Below are positions 19,690 to 30,518 of a stretch of DNA of 64,000 nt, piece by piece; the stretch's first letter is position 1, and every line of letters starts with the position of its first letter. Origin of the DNA: an uncultured delta proteobacterium (GTDB lineage: Bacteria; Desulfobacterota; Syntrophia; Syntrophales; UBA2185); the NCBI GenBank assembly GCA_963729715.1, contig CAVSPA010000005.1:576001-640000 (forward strand). Reading direction: 5' to 3'. The translations under genes were made by a program, and so were the position numbers. The notes under the pieces are model-generated. The model made no database searches. It had not been told where the DNA came from and saw only the letters and a program-made list of their open reading frames with translations.

Positions 19690-19989
19690 CGATGGACATT
19701 CCTTTCCGATCAGATTTTTCCTGCATGAAACCAGGTTCCGCTTCTCATCTCCCTAAGAGACGATCACCGGGGGAGAGGCTCTCACGAAGTTATTCGTATT
19801 TTGTCAGCAAGATAACCTCGCGTTATGGTCAGCTATAATATAACCAAATTCATGGTGGAATGGAATCGCAGATTGACGTGGACAACCAATCCTGACCCTT
19901 CCTTTCCTGTAAACCGATAAATTTTATTGTCAATTTGTTCATTCATGTATAAAATTATCATACTATTCCGAAAATGAATTAGAAAAGAT

Positions 19990-20220
19990 ATGAGCAAGGA
20001 ACTTCCTTCCGGAACAGGACAGCAGACTCAAGGGACGGAATTAAACTGTTTTTCCTGTTGCCATTTCTACATCACCTATGAGACGCAATTTCCCTATGGG
20101 TGTCGAAAGGCGGGCTTTAAGTCGCGGCTGATGCCTTCAAAGGTGATGTACGCATACTCCGGAATGGAGTGCCAGTTGTTTCTGGAAAAAGAGAACCCGC
20201 AAAAGACTAAACCCGTTTGA
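19990..20220 (+). CDS. Small Cys-rich protein
   Basis: NCFSCCHFYITY...PYGC...FKS..MPS...SGMEC pattern. Confidence 0.7.
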   Translation: MSKELPSGTGQQTQGTELNCFSCCHFYITYETQFPYGCRKAGFKSRLMPSKVMYAYSGMECQLFLEKENPQKTKPV

Positions 20221-20293
20221 TAGATGGAATTTGCAACCGCGAAAACAAACCTGATGTGATTGCGGAACCGGCCGGCTTAACGATTTAACTATC

Positions 20294-22462
20294 ATGAGAA
20301 ATATGCTTTCAGATAAGCTTGCAAAAGTTCATATCTCTTTCCGCCTGGCAATATCGACAATCCTTACGGTACTGCTTGTCGGCACCGTAGCCGTAACGGG
20401 CATTCTCTCCTACGTGAACCTCACGAGGGATACCAAAGATCTCTCCGCGCAGATTCTCGATCAGACGTCCCAGCGCATCAGTCAGTGGGTGGGGAATCTT
20501 CTTTTCAAAGCCCACGATCAGAGCGAAATAAACAGCTCACTGCTGGGCACAATCAAACTGAATCAGGAAAGTTTCACAAAGCTCGCCCATTACTGGCAGA
20601 AAGTGATGGAGGCACAGCCGTTCTTTACCTTTCTTTCCGTAGACCTTGAGTCTGACGTGCTGCTCTCCATAGAGCGCATGCAGGATAGAAAGCTCACGAT
20701 CCGTGAGGCTCACGTCAATAGAAAAATTCACACTGCCGAATTTTTTGATTTCTGGCCTGCGGATTATCAGAAGCGAAAATTTTATGCCCGCAAAAAGATT
20801 GAGATGGCTTCAACGTCGGGACGGCCACCCTGGTATATTAAGGCCAAAGAAGCGGGCCACCACGTATGGACAGATGCCCGCACAATTCGCCTCGGTGCAG
20901 AAGTGTTTCCGGGCATCACCTATGCCGCACCCATTTATGACAAGGACGGGAAGCTGCGCGGGGTCACGACAATCGATTTTAACATCACTACCATATCGGA
21001 ATTTCTTGCCAAAAACAGGGTTGGTCAGGCGGGGTTTGCATTCATCATTGAGAAACCAGTCGACGGGGAGCCGCACGTGATCGCCTTCCCGAAGCCGGAA
21101 ATCCTGACCCATGCCGTAACTGACAGCCGGGGACGCACTCAATACGAATTCGTTCCAACAAGAAATCTCAGCGATGACAGGGTCGTCAGCTTCATGGAAA
21201 AGTTCTCTCAGAATAGTCTCAAGCATCCCGGCGCCACTCTGCGGACATTCGATTTCACCTCCGACGGCACCGACTATTTTGGAAGTTACCGGCTAATGAC
21301 GGGCAAGGAACTTCCGGGATGGACCGTCGCCCTGGTCATCCCCCGCGATGAGATAATGGGGCCGGTCAAACGCAATAACAGGCAGACGCTCGGAATAGGG
21401 TTGGCGAGCTTTTTCGTGATCTTGATTGTGAGTGTGTGGATTTCCATGCGCATCTCAAAGCCTCTCGGAGAAATCGCGCGTGAAACGGAGGCTATCGGCC
21501 AATTCAAACTGGAAGCGCAGCCCCTCGGGCACTCGATGTTCAAGGAAGTGGATCAGTTGATGGTGGCCACCCAAAATATGAAGACAAGCCTGCGCTCTTT
21601 TCAGAAGTACGTGCCGGCGGATCTTGTGCGTGAGGTCCTGGCTTCCGGCCAGGAAGCGGAGCTCGGCGGCCGCAGGGATACTCTAACAATCTTCTTTTCC
21701 GATATCAAAGGTTTTACGTCCATCTCGGAAGTTCTTTCGCCGGAATCACTCGTAGAGCAAATGGCCGAATATCTGGAGGCGATGAGCAACGAGATCCGGG
21801 AAAATCCGCCGGGCACAGTCGATAAGTTTATCGGGGACAGCATCATGGCCTTCTGGGGTGCTCCCACACCCAACCCGGACCACGCACCGTCAGCGTGCCG
21901 TGCGGCGCTCCTCTGCCAGGAGAGATTGGGACAATTGAGGGAAAAGTGGAAACAGGAAGGGAAACCTCTTTTCTTCCAGCGCATCGGCATATACACAGGA
22001 GAGGTGATTGTAGGCAACATAGGCAGTGAGTCCCGGATGAACTACACGGTTATAGGCGACACCGTGAATATAGCGAGCCGTCTTGAAGGCCTCAACAAGT
22101 ATTACGGCACGCCGATCGTCATCGGGCACAGCACGTGCGAGCTGGTGAAAGAAGATTTCATTGTCCGTCCCCTCGACCTCGTATCGGTCGTGGGCAGCAC
22201 AAAGGGCATCAAGATATATGAACTGTTCGGGGAGAAAAAAAACACGGATGAACAAAAAATCCGGGTTGCGGAACTTTGTGCAACGGCATTGGAACTGTAT
22301 CTGGGCAGGCGCTGGAATGAAGCAATGGACAACTATAAAAAGGTGCTCGAATTAAGTCCTGAAGATCAACCCGCCATTATCATGCTGGAGCGCTGCAGGC
22401 TGTATCTGGAAAATCCGCCGTCCGATGATTGGACAGGCATCCACCGCATTGAAAACAAATAA
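20294..22462 (+). CDS. Membrane adenylate/guanylate cyclase (Cache-HAMP-CYC)
   Basis: Two TM segments around a Cache-like region, HAMP, FSDIKGFT, DKFIGD, YTVIGDTVNIASRLE. Confidence 0.92.
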   Translation: MRNMLSDKLAKVHISFRLAISTILTVLLVGTVAVTGILSYVNLTRDTKDLSAQILDQTSQRISQWVGNLLFKAHDQSEINSSLLGTIKLNQESFTKLAHYWQKVMEAQPFFTFLSVDLESDVLLSIERMQDRKLTIREAHVNRKIHTAEFFDFWPADYQKRKFYARKKIEMASTSGRPPWYIKAKEAGHHVWTDARTIRLGAEVFPGITYAAPIYDKDGKLRGVTTIDFNITTISEFLAKNRVGQAGFAFIIEKPVDGEPHVIAFPKPEILTHAVTDSRGRTQYEFVPTRNLSDDRVVSFMEKFSQNSLKHPGATLRTFDFTSDGTDYFGSYRLMTGKELPGWTVALVIPRDEIMGPVKRNNRQTLGIGLASFFVILIVSVWISMRISKPLGEIARETEAIGQFKLEAQPLGHSMFKEVDQLMVATQNMKTSLRSFQKYVPADLVREVLASGQEAELGGRRDTLTIFFSDIKGFTSISEVLSPESLVEQMAEYLEAMSNEIRENPPGTVDKFIGDSIMAFWGAPTPNPDHAPSACRAALLCQERLGQLREKWKQEGKPLFFQRIGIYTGEVIVGNIGSESRMNYTVIGDTVNIASRLEGLNKYYGTPIVIGHSTCELVKEDFIVRPLDLVSVVGSTKGIKIYELFGEKKNTDEQKIRVAELCATALELYLGRRWNEAMDNYKKVLELSPEDQPAIIMLERCRLYLENPPSDDWTGIHRIENK

Positions 22463-22541
22463 TCAAAACATCATAAATCAACTATTGACGTTTAGACGTT
22501 ATGCTCTTACAGTATTCCCATTACAATCAGGCAGTGATGTT

Positions 22542-22810
22542 ATGGCGACGTTAACGAAGCGAGCCGCCATATACTTTGACACCACCCTGCACAAAGCTCT
22601 GCAGCTTAAATCTGTGGAGACTTCTCGATCTTTTTCCAGGCTTGTAAACGATGCCGTTAAATAAGCCCTTGCTGAGGATGCCGAGAATCTCAAAGTATTT
22701 GAAGAAAAGCTCACGAACCTCTGATCGGCTATGAGAAGATAGTCAAGAGGCTTAAGAAAGATGGCAGGATACAGAGTCTCAAGCGTTCGGTTTGGAAAGA
22801 CTTCAGAGGA
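22542..22810 (+). pseudogene. Decayed CopG/RHH antitoxin plus RelE/ParE toxin remnant
   Basis: MATLTKRAAIYFD..LHKALQLKSVETSRS..LVNDAVK-TAA-ALAEDAENL..FEE, then frameshift to AHEPLIGYEKIVKRLKKDGRI; overlapping ATG 22761 gives MAGYRV../KRSVWKDF, then breaks off. Confidence 0.7.
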
Positions 22811-22887
22811 AGCGTAATAAAATTAGATTAGACAAATATAATACATTAAAGCAGAAAAAGTCTGAAGCTGTAAGGGGGGGCCACGGA

Positions 22888-24574
22888 ATGAAACAGAAGA
22901 CTGATGACCAGAAGGCTGCTGCAAGGCTCAAGAAAGATTTCAAGACGTGGCACACTGATATCTACGGCTCTCAGAAAGAGCGCAAGCCCCATTTTAAGAC
23001 CCTCTCCTGAATTCCCATACAACCGCTTTACACACCTCTCGATACGGCAAATATTGACTATCTCAAAGATCTGGGATTCCCCAGCTGCGAACCGTATATC
23101 CGCGGCGTTCACCCAACCATGTATAGGGGAAGAGTGTGGACGCATCGACAACTCGCGGGTTTTGGTCCGCCTGAAGAGACGAATAACCGCTATAAGTTTC
23201 TTCTTCAACAGGGGGCAACGGGGATCAACGGCGTCTTTGATTACCCGACCCTGCGGGGCTACGACAGCGATGATCGGGAGGTATACGCCGACGTAGGCCG
23301 CGGCGGCGTTGCCATCGACACAATCGAGGACATGCGAATCTTATTTGACGGAATTGCGATCGACAAGGTCAGCGTATCACTGGTCACATGTCAACCTATC
23401 TGTAATATCTCGATTCAGTCGATGTATTTTGCCAATGCAGAGCGGAAAGGATTGTCCCTGAACGTATTATCGGGAACGAGCCAGAACGACTTCCTGATGG
23501 AGACAGCCATTACAACCGCCCCGAGCGTCCTGCCGCCAAAGGTTTCCTTCAAGTTGAGCTGTGATGCCATCGAATTTTGCACACAACATGTACCGCGATG
23601 GAATCCCATCAGCTTTGCCGGATACAATTACCGGGAAGCCGGATGCACGGCGCCCCAGGAAGTTGCTTTTGTCATTTCCTGTGCCATTGCCTGCTGCGAG
23701 GAACTGATCCGGCGCGGCCTCGACATTGATAGCTTCGCTCCTAGGCTCAGCTATTTTCTTTCCGCGCACAATGATCTCTTTGAGGAAATCGCAAAGTACC
23801 GGGCTGCGCGAAGAGTCTATCACAGAATCATGAAGGCGCGGTTCGGCGCAACTGATCCTCGTTCCCTGATGTTCCGGCTCCACGTGCAAACAGCCGGTGT
23901 AGCTCTCACCGCCCAGCAACCTTTGAACAACATTGCCAGGGCTGCCTACCACGCCCTTTCTGCCGTACTGGGTGGAGCCCAGTCTGTACATGTTGATGCT
24001 TACGATGAGGCGCTGTGCACACCCACGGAGCTTTCGTCATTGACGGCGCTGCGCACGCAGCAAATCCTGCAGATGGAAACAGGCGTCACAAATACGGTGG
24101 ATCCATTAGGCGGATCATTCTTTGTGGAATCTCTGACCAATAAAATGGAGGCCGAGGTCGAAAGAATTATCTCGGAGATTGACGGCATGGGCGGTATTGT
24201 CAAGGCGGTCGAAAAGGGATGGATGCATACTGAGATAGCATCGGCTGCTTATCAGTATCAGGTTGACATTGAATCCGGCGAGATGCCCATCGTCGGGGTA
24301 AATTGCTTTAAGATCGAAGATGAAGTTCTTCCCATAGAGCTTTTCAAGGGCCCGGAAACGCTGCTTATCCAGAAAGAGAAACTCAAGAGGAACAGAAAAG
24401 ACCGAAATCCCAGGGAAGCTGCGAAGGCCCTCGATGCTATTACGAGCTGTTGCGAGCGGGACGGAAACCTTATGGAGGTCATTGTAGACGCCGTCAAGAC
24501 GCACGTTACGGAGGGAGAAATATCAAAGACTCTGAAGACATTTTTATGGGATATGGCACCCACCCCTCTCCTGA
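22888..24574 (+). pseudogene. B12-dependent acyl-CoA mutase large subunit, pseudogene
   Basis: FKTLS-TGA(23008)-IPIQPLYTP (conserved Gly position), RGVHPTMYRGR, QNDF, REAG, HVQTAG, DPLGGS; +1 frameshift in T-run at 24541-24545 before the likely original end YGIWHPPLS-TGA(24574). Confidence 0.8.
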
Positions 24575-24600
24575 GAAACTTCACGTCCAATAAGGGTTTC

Positions 24601-26001
24601 CTAAGAACGTACATTGCTAGCGAGAGGTTCCAAAGTAATGGCATAACCTAATTGTTTGGCTTTAGTTTTAATATTTTTAATTACTCGTTCTTTGTATTTT
24701 TGTTCATAATAGTCTACTCCGGGGTCCAGATAGGCTTCTCCGTTTTTCCAAAGACGATAGAATATGCGGGCAAGCTTATGGGCTGTCGCGGTAATCGCTT
24801 TGGGTGCCCCAAGCCTCGCACGCATACGGCGGTAATATGCGCCTAAGGCACTTGCGCTGCTGTGCAAAGATTCAGCGGCCATACGAAAGGCTTCAGCGGC
24901 TCGATTTACCACTTTACGGGTTTTACTGGATTTTACTTTTCCGCCGGTAATGCGATTATCCGGGCATAATCCCAGCCAGGATGCAAAATGCTTCTCCGTA
25001 GGGAAAGATCCAGGATTAAGGCCAACCTCGCTAATGACCGTCTGGACAGTCATTACATCCAACCCGTCAATCCGGGTTAAATCGGCGCCGGTTATCCGGT
25101 ATAAGTGAGTATGCAAATCGATTTTAGGCTCGTTGCGTCTTCGCTTTCTGTTTGCCTTTTTTGAAGGAGGCACCGGGTTAGTGTTTATGTCTAATTTGGA
25201 GTCGAATTGGGCCAAACAATTCTCTATCTGCCGGTCGCAGGCTTCAATCTTCTGGTGATAAAAATCATAAAGTTCAACGGCCTGCTTTAAAGCAAACATA
25301 TGTTCTTCACGATAGTCCCCTTCCAGAGATTTGACGATGTCCTGGACACTGCACATAATACGGCGATCTCTCATGTCGGCCAAAACAAGGGGGTCACGTT
25401 CACCGGCAATGATGGCACGAACAATACGCATGCCGGTAACACCGGTAATGTCCGAGATGACTTTGTGCAACTGGATATTCATCTCCGTAAGCGCCTTCTG
25501 CATATGCAGGATATGAGAGGATGCATAACGAAGAAGATTGTCACGATGGCGCCAATAACTCCTCATAACACAAATCTGGTCTTCCGGTCGAAACGAACCG
25601 CTTAAAAGACCGTAGGCATGGAGATTTTGCAGCCATTGGCAATCCTGAACATCCGATTTACGGCCGGGAACATTCTTCACATGCCGGGCATTAACCAGTT
25701 TGACCTCAAACCCGTAAGTCTCAAGAATTTGAAACACCGGGATCCAATAAACACCCGTTGACTCCATGGCAACACTATCGATTCGGCACTCTTTCAGCCA
25801 CTGGGCCATCGCATGAAGATCGGATGTAAAACAACGGAAGGGACGCACGGGACGCTTATCACGATCTTCGGGGACGGCGACATAATGCTCCTCTGCACCG
25901 ATATCTATGCCGGCGGCATTTAAATTAAGCTTGGATAGCATACCGGAATCCTTAGATTGGACGGATAACTTCTTTTGTTGCCTTTTAAGACTGTTCCCCA
26001 T
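24601..26001 (-). CDS. IS110-family transposase/recombinase
   Basis: AGIDIG, AMESTGVYW, GRKSDVQD, HFASWLGLCP, AITATAHKLARI; ATG 26001 after AGGGGG RBS (466 aa). Confidence 0.95.
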   Translation of the reverse strand: MGNSLKRQQKKLSVQSKDSGMLSKLNLNAAGIDIGAEEHYVAVPEDRDKRPVRPFRCFTSDLHAMAQWLKECRIDSVAMESTGVYWIPVFQILETYGFEVKLVNARHVKNVPGRKSDVQDCQWLQNLHAYGLLSGSFRPEDQICVMRSYWRHRDNLLRYASSHILHMQKALTEMNIQLHKVISDITGVTGMRIVRAIIAGERDPLVLADMRDRRIMCSVQDIVKSLEGDYREEHMFALKQAVELYDFYHQKIEACDRQIENCLAQFDSKLDINTNPVPPSKKANRKRRRNEPKIDLHTHLYRITGADLTRIDGLDVMTVQTVISEVGLNPGSFPTEKHFASWLGLCPDNRITGGKVKSSKTRKVVNRAAEAFRMAAESLHSSASALGAYYRRMRARLGAPKAITATAHKLARIFYRLWKNGEAYLDPGVDYYEQKYKERVIKNIKTKAKQLGYAITLEPLASNVRS

Positions 26002-26009
26002 AAACTTGC

Positions 26010-26285
26010 CCCCTGATTGGTTTTTGGGGCATGCCCCGGCCCGAGTCGGTAAAAAACGGTTAATCTCCTGAACGGGATCTGACATGCCGAAAAGACATGA
26101 TTTGTCACCAATGTAATAACCAAAGAAAACTCGGTACCATGCTTCTAGACGGGTATGAAAACACCAGTGAGGAGTCGATATTGACTGCCGGGGCGCACCC
26201 GCTGCCTACTTTATAAAATTGTATTTAATAAAGCCAGTTTCTTCCATGAATAACACCGTTGCGTAGCACCGGGGTCAATTGCTTC
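26010..26285. ncRNA. Candidate IS110 bridge/seek RNA region
   Basis: Non-coding end with two parallel modules (ACGGG...CACCA(A/G)TG) and segments matching the element end and the target flanks; expression, strand and exact ends unknown. Confidence 0.6.
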
Positions 26286-26319
26286 TAAGTAGTCAGGAAA
26301 CTTTCCAGGAGAACAGACA

Positions 26320-26706
26320 ATGAGCAAAAGAAAAAGGATTCTTGTAGCCCGCCTAGGCATGGATGCCCACTGGAGAGGTAGCGTCGTGGTGGCAAGGGCT
26401 TTGAGGGATGCGGGGATGGAGGTGATTTATATAGGCAATCAGATGCCTGAGGGAATCGTAAAAGCCGCCATTCAGGAGAGCGTGGATATTATCGGATTAA
26501 GTTCTCTCTCAGGCAACCACATGATTCTGGCCCCGGAGGTCGTCCAAATTCTCAAAAGGGCGGGCGCAGACGATATAAAAGTAATCTTCGGAGGAACTGT
26601 ACCGCCCGAAGATATTCCCCTGCTGAAGGAAGCTGGGATCTAGGAAGTGTTCGGCCCAGGGACCTCCGTTAAAAAAATCATCGATTTCGTTAACTCCCTA
26701 GATTGA
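26320..26706 (+). pseudogene. Cobalamin-binding small subunit of acyl-CoA mutase with in-frame amber stop
   Basis: GMDAHWRG (DxHxxG), GLSSLSG, GGTVP; EAGI-TAG(26641)-EVFGPGTSVKKIIDFVNSLD-TGA. Confidence 0.78.
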
Positions 26707-26849
26707 TTGATTTGGACAGCTTTTCTTAAAAAATTTATCCTAGCAGATTTCACCAAATTTTAGTTAGCATTCTGCCATCGATTGTCCCCCGGTACAGACC
26801 TGTACTTTTTATCGCGAGTAAATAGGCGGCACCCTGGTATAAGGTTTTT

Positions 26850-26996
26850 ATGAGTTTCAGAGAATTAAGGTGCTCCATACTCTCTTCAGTGTATGGCACC
26901 GGTTTCGCTATTGAGATTCGGGATGTGTTTCTTGCCATGGTCCGAGGCAATCTTATTATCCGCCTCCATGACCCAGCCGCCGCCCAAGGCTTTGTA
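26850..26996. repeat. Direct repeat copy 1 (OMF 3' end plus downstream UTR)
   Basis: Colinear, gap-free similarity to 32818-32964 (offset 5968). Confidence 0.75.
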
Positions 26997-28403
26997 GAGA
27001 GCTATGAGATCTGTGGCGATACTACGCTCGCTCTGTACCAACGCGTCTTCGGAGGCGTAAAGAGAACGCTGGGCATTGAGCACGTTGAGAAAATCGATCT
27101 GGCCCTCAGTGTAAAGCTGCAATGACAAATCCACAGCCTTGCGGTTGGCGACAACGGCATCATTAAGTGCCTTGCGGTGCTCTTGTTCCTTGGCAAAAGC
27201 AATCAACGCATTCTCGACATCCTGAAACGCTGCCAGGACCGTTTTCTGGTACGTGATGAACGCCTGGTCACGTAGCGCCTCCTGCAAATGTACGTTCGAC
27301 ACAATCGCACCGCCCTGGAAAATCGGCCATGTCACCGCCGGGCCGAAGGAGTATGAACGACTGGCGTCGGTCCACCACGTGCGCAACAAATTGCTGTTCC
27401 AGTTCATCGTACCGGTTAATGAAAACGACGGAAAGAAGTCGGCAATAGCGACACCGATTTGTGCGGTGGAGGCGTGCAACTGAGCCTCAGATGCGCGTAT
27501 GTCTGGCCGGCGGCGCAGCATGTCTGAGGGCAAACCGGCGGGCACTTGCGCCGGCACTCCGGGCAGGTTACACATTGGCGACAACTGCTTCAACAATTCC
27601 GCCGGCAGCCGGGCCAACAGCACACTCAACGCATAGATGGATTGCTGTGCAGCGGTTTCAAAGACCGGGATTTGAGACTCGGTTGTGGCAACGTTAGAGT
27701 CGGCGTTGGCGACGTCAAGCGCACTGGCGAAGCCGACATTCAATAGCCTATGAGTAATCTCGGCGGTGTGCTTCTGGGCTTTCAGATTGTTTTGCGCGAT
27801 CACAATCTCCCGCTGGTAACCGCGGAGCTGGATGTAATTGAGCGCCACTTCAGCGATGACGCTGACCTGCACGTCGCGGATACTTTCAATTGCGGCTTGG
27901 ATATTGGCATCGGCCGATTCCACGTTGCGGCGCTGCCCACCGAAGAGGTCGAGTTCCCACACGGCGTCTAAACCGGCCTGATAAAGATCCTGTTGGTTTA
28001 CGTTATCCGGCGTGATGCCCGCCAAGTGTACTCTCTGGTAACCGCCGGAGGCTGTAACCCCAGGCCATAATCCAGCGACGGCCACGCCCCGTGCGGCGCG
28101 GGCCTGGCGCAAGCGGGCCTCGGCTATTTGGAGATCGAGGTTCATCCTTATCGCTTCCTCGACGAGCGAGCTCAATATCGAATCGTTGAACTGCCGCCAC
28201 CACTGCGTAAGGTCAGCCGCCTGCGCAGTAGCTACTGACTGTTGCGCACTCGGCGTCATCGCCACGCCAACCCACTCGCCGGGAACTGCCAACTGCGGCG
28301 TACGATAATCCGGACCGACCATGCACCCGCTTACCATCAACATGGTTAAACTGACCGCTACAGCCAAGACCGAAACGCAGTGCCATTGATCGTCCATATG
28401 CAT
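26886..28403 (-). CDS. Outer membrane factor lipoprotein (NodT/OprM family)
   Basis: [10 protein letters not shown] lipobox, WELDLFG, RRPDIR, LYKALGGGW; start trimmed to ATG 28403. Confidence 0.9.
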   Translation of the reverse strand: MHMDDQWHCVSVLAVAVSLTMLMVSGCMVGPDYRTPQLAVPGEWVGVAMTPSAQQSVATAQAADLTQWWRQFNDSILSSLVEEAIRMNLDLQIAEARLRQARAARGVAVAGLWPGVTASGGYQRVHLAGITPDNVNQQDLYQAGLDAVWELDLFGGQRRNVESADANIQAAIESIRDVQVSVIAEVALNYIQLRGYQREIVIAQNNLKAQKHTAEITHRLLNVGFASALDVANADSNVATTESQIPVFETAAQQSIYALSVLLARLPAELLKQLSPMCNLPGVPAQVPAGLPSDMLRRRPDIRASEAQLHASTAQIGVAIADFFPSFSLTGTMNWNSNLLRTWWTDASRSYSFGPAVTWPIFQGGAIVSNVHLQEALRDQAFITYQKTVLAAFQDVENALIAFAKEQEHRKALNDAVVANRKAVDLSLQLYTEGQIDFLNVLNAQRSLYASEDALVQSERSIATDLIALYKALGGGWVMEADNKIASDHGKKHIPNLNSETGAIH

Positions 28404-28413
28404 CAATTCCACT

Positions 28414-29783
<1,370 letters not shown>

Positions 29784-29787
<4 letters not shown>

Positions 29788-30494
29788 GCGGCATCTCCGG
29801 CTTTGGGTCGACCCGTTCCGTTTTCGATCAGGCCATCCTTGATGTGAATGACCCGCTGGGCGTGTTTTGCCACGCCGGGATCGTGGGTGACGAGGATGAT
29901 CGTGATGCCGTCGGCGCTGTTTATCTGCTGGAACATCTGGAGGAGTTCCTCGCTGGTGCGTGAATCGAGGTTTCCGGTCGGCTCATCCGCGAGGAGCACC
30001 CGCGGTTGATTGACCAGCGATCGGGCGACAGCCACGCGCTGCTGTTCGCCGCCGGAGAGTTGAGAGGGCTGGTGATCAATGCGATCCGCCAAACCAACTT
30101 TCCGGAGCAATTCGGCGGCGCGCTGTTTCATTTGCTGCTCGCTGAGGTCCTCTCTAGTGTAGGTCAGCGGCATCAGGACGTTCTCCAATGCCGTGGTACG
30201 CGGCAGCAGGTTGAAGCTTTGGAAAACAAACCCGATTATCCGATTTCGCAGCCGGGCCCTTTCCCCGGCGGCGAGCCGGGAAACCTCCCGGCCATCCAGC
30301 CAGTACTCTCCTGAAGTCGGGTGATCCAAACAACCGAGGATGTTCATCAGCGTACTCTTGCCTGAGCCACTGACACCCATCAACGCCACTAGCTCGCCGC
30401 GGGCGACGTTCAGTGACACGCCCTTGAGCACCGGCAGGTCAACCTCACCGAGATAGTAGGTCTTATGTATGTCCCGCAGTTCGATCAATCCCAT
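29784..30494 (-). CDS. MacB/LolD-family ABC ATPase
   Basis: GVSGSGKST, LSGGEQQR, LADEPTGNLD. Confidence 0.94.
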
Positions 30495-30518
30495 AAATCT
30501 GCTACTCTCCCGCTAACT

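Larger units (their letters stand above)
24601..26289 (-). mobile_element. IS110-family insertion sequence
   Basis: DEDD transposase plus ~290-nt upstream non-coding end; CTAAG direct repeat at 24601-24605 and 26285-26289; removal reconstitutes palindrome GTTTCCT-AAGTAGTC-AGGAAAC. Confidence 0.88.

Noticed and set aside
23008..23010. In-frame TGA in mutase as selenocysteine or genetic-code reassignment
   Set aside because: Aligns to a conserved Gly (GGA>TGA is one change), no SECIS-like hairpin is visible, other lesions exist in the same operon, and TGA is a normal stop elsewhere in the window.
26641..26643. In-frame TAG in B12-binding subunit as pyrrolysine
   Set aside because: Non-catalytic position, partner gene already broken, no pyl genes in the window; a nonsense mutation is more parsimonious, though not formally excluded.
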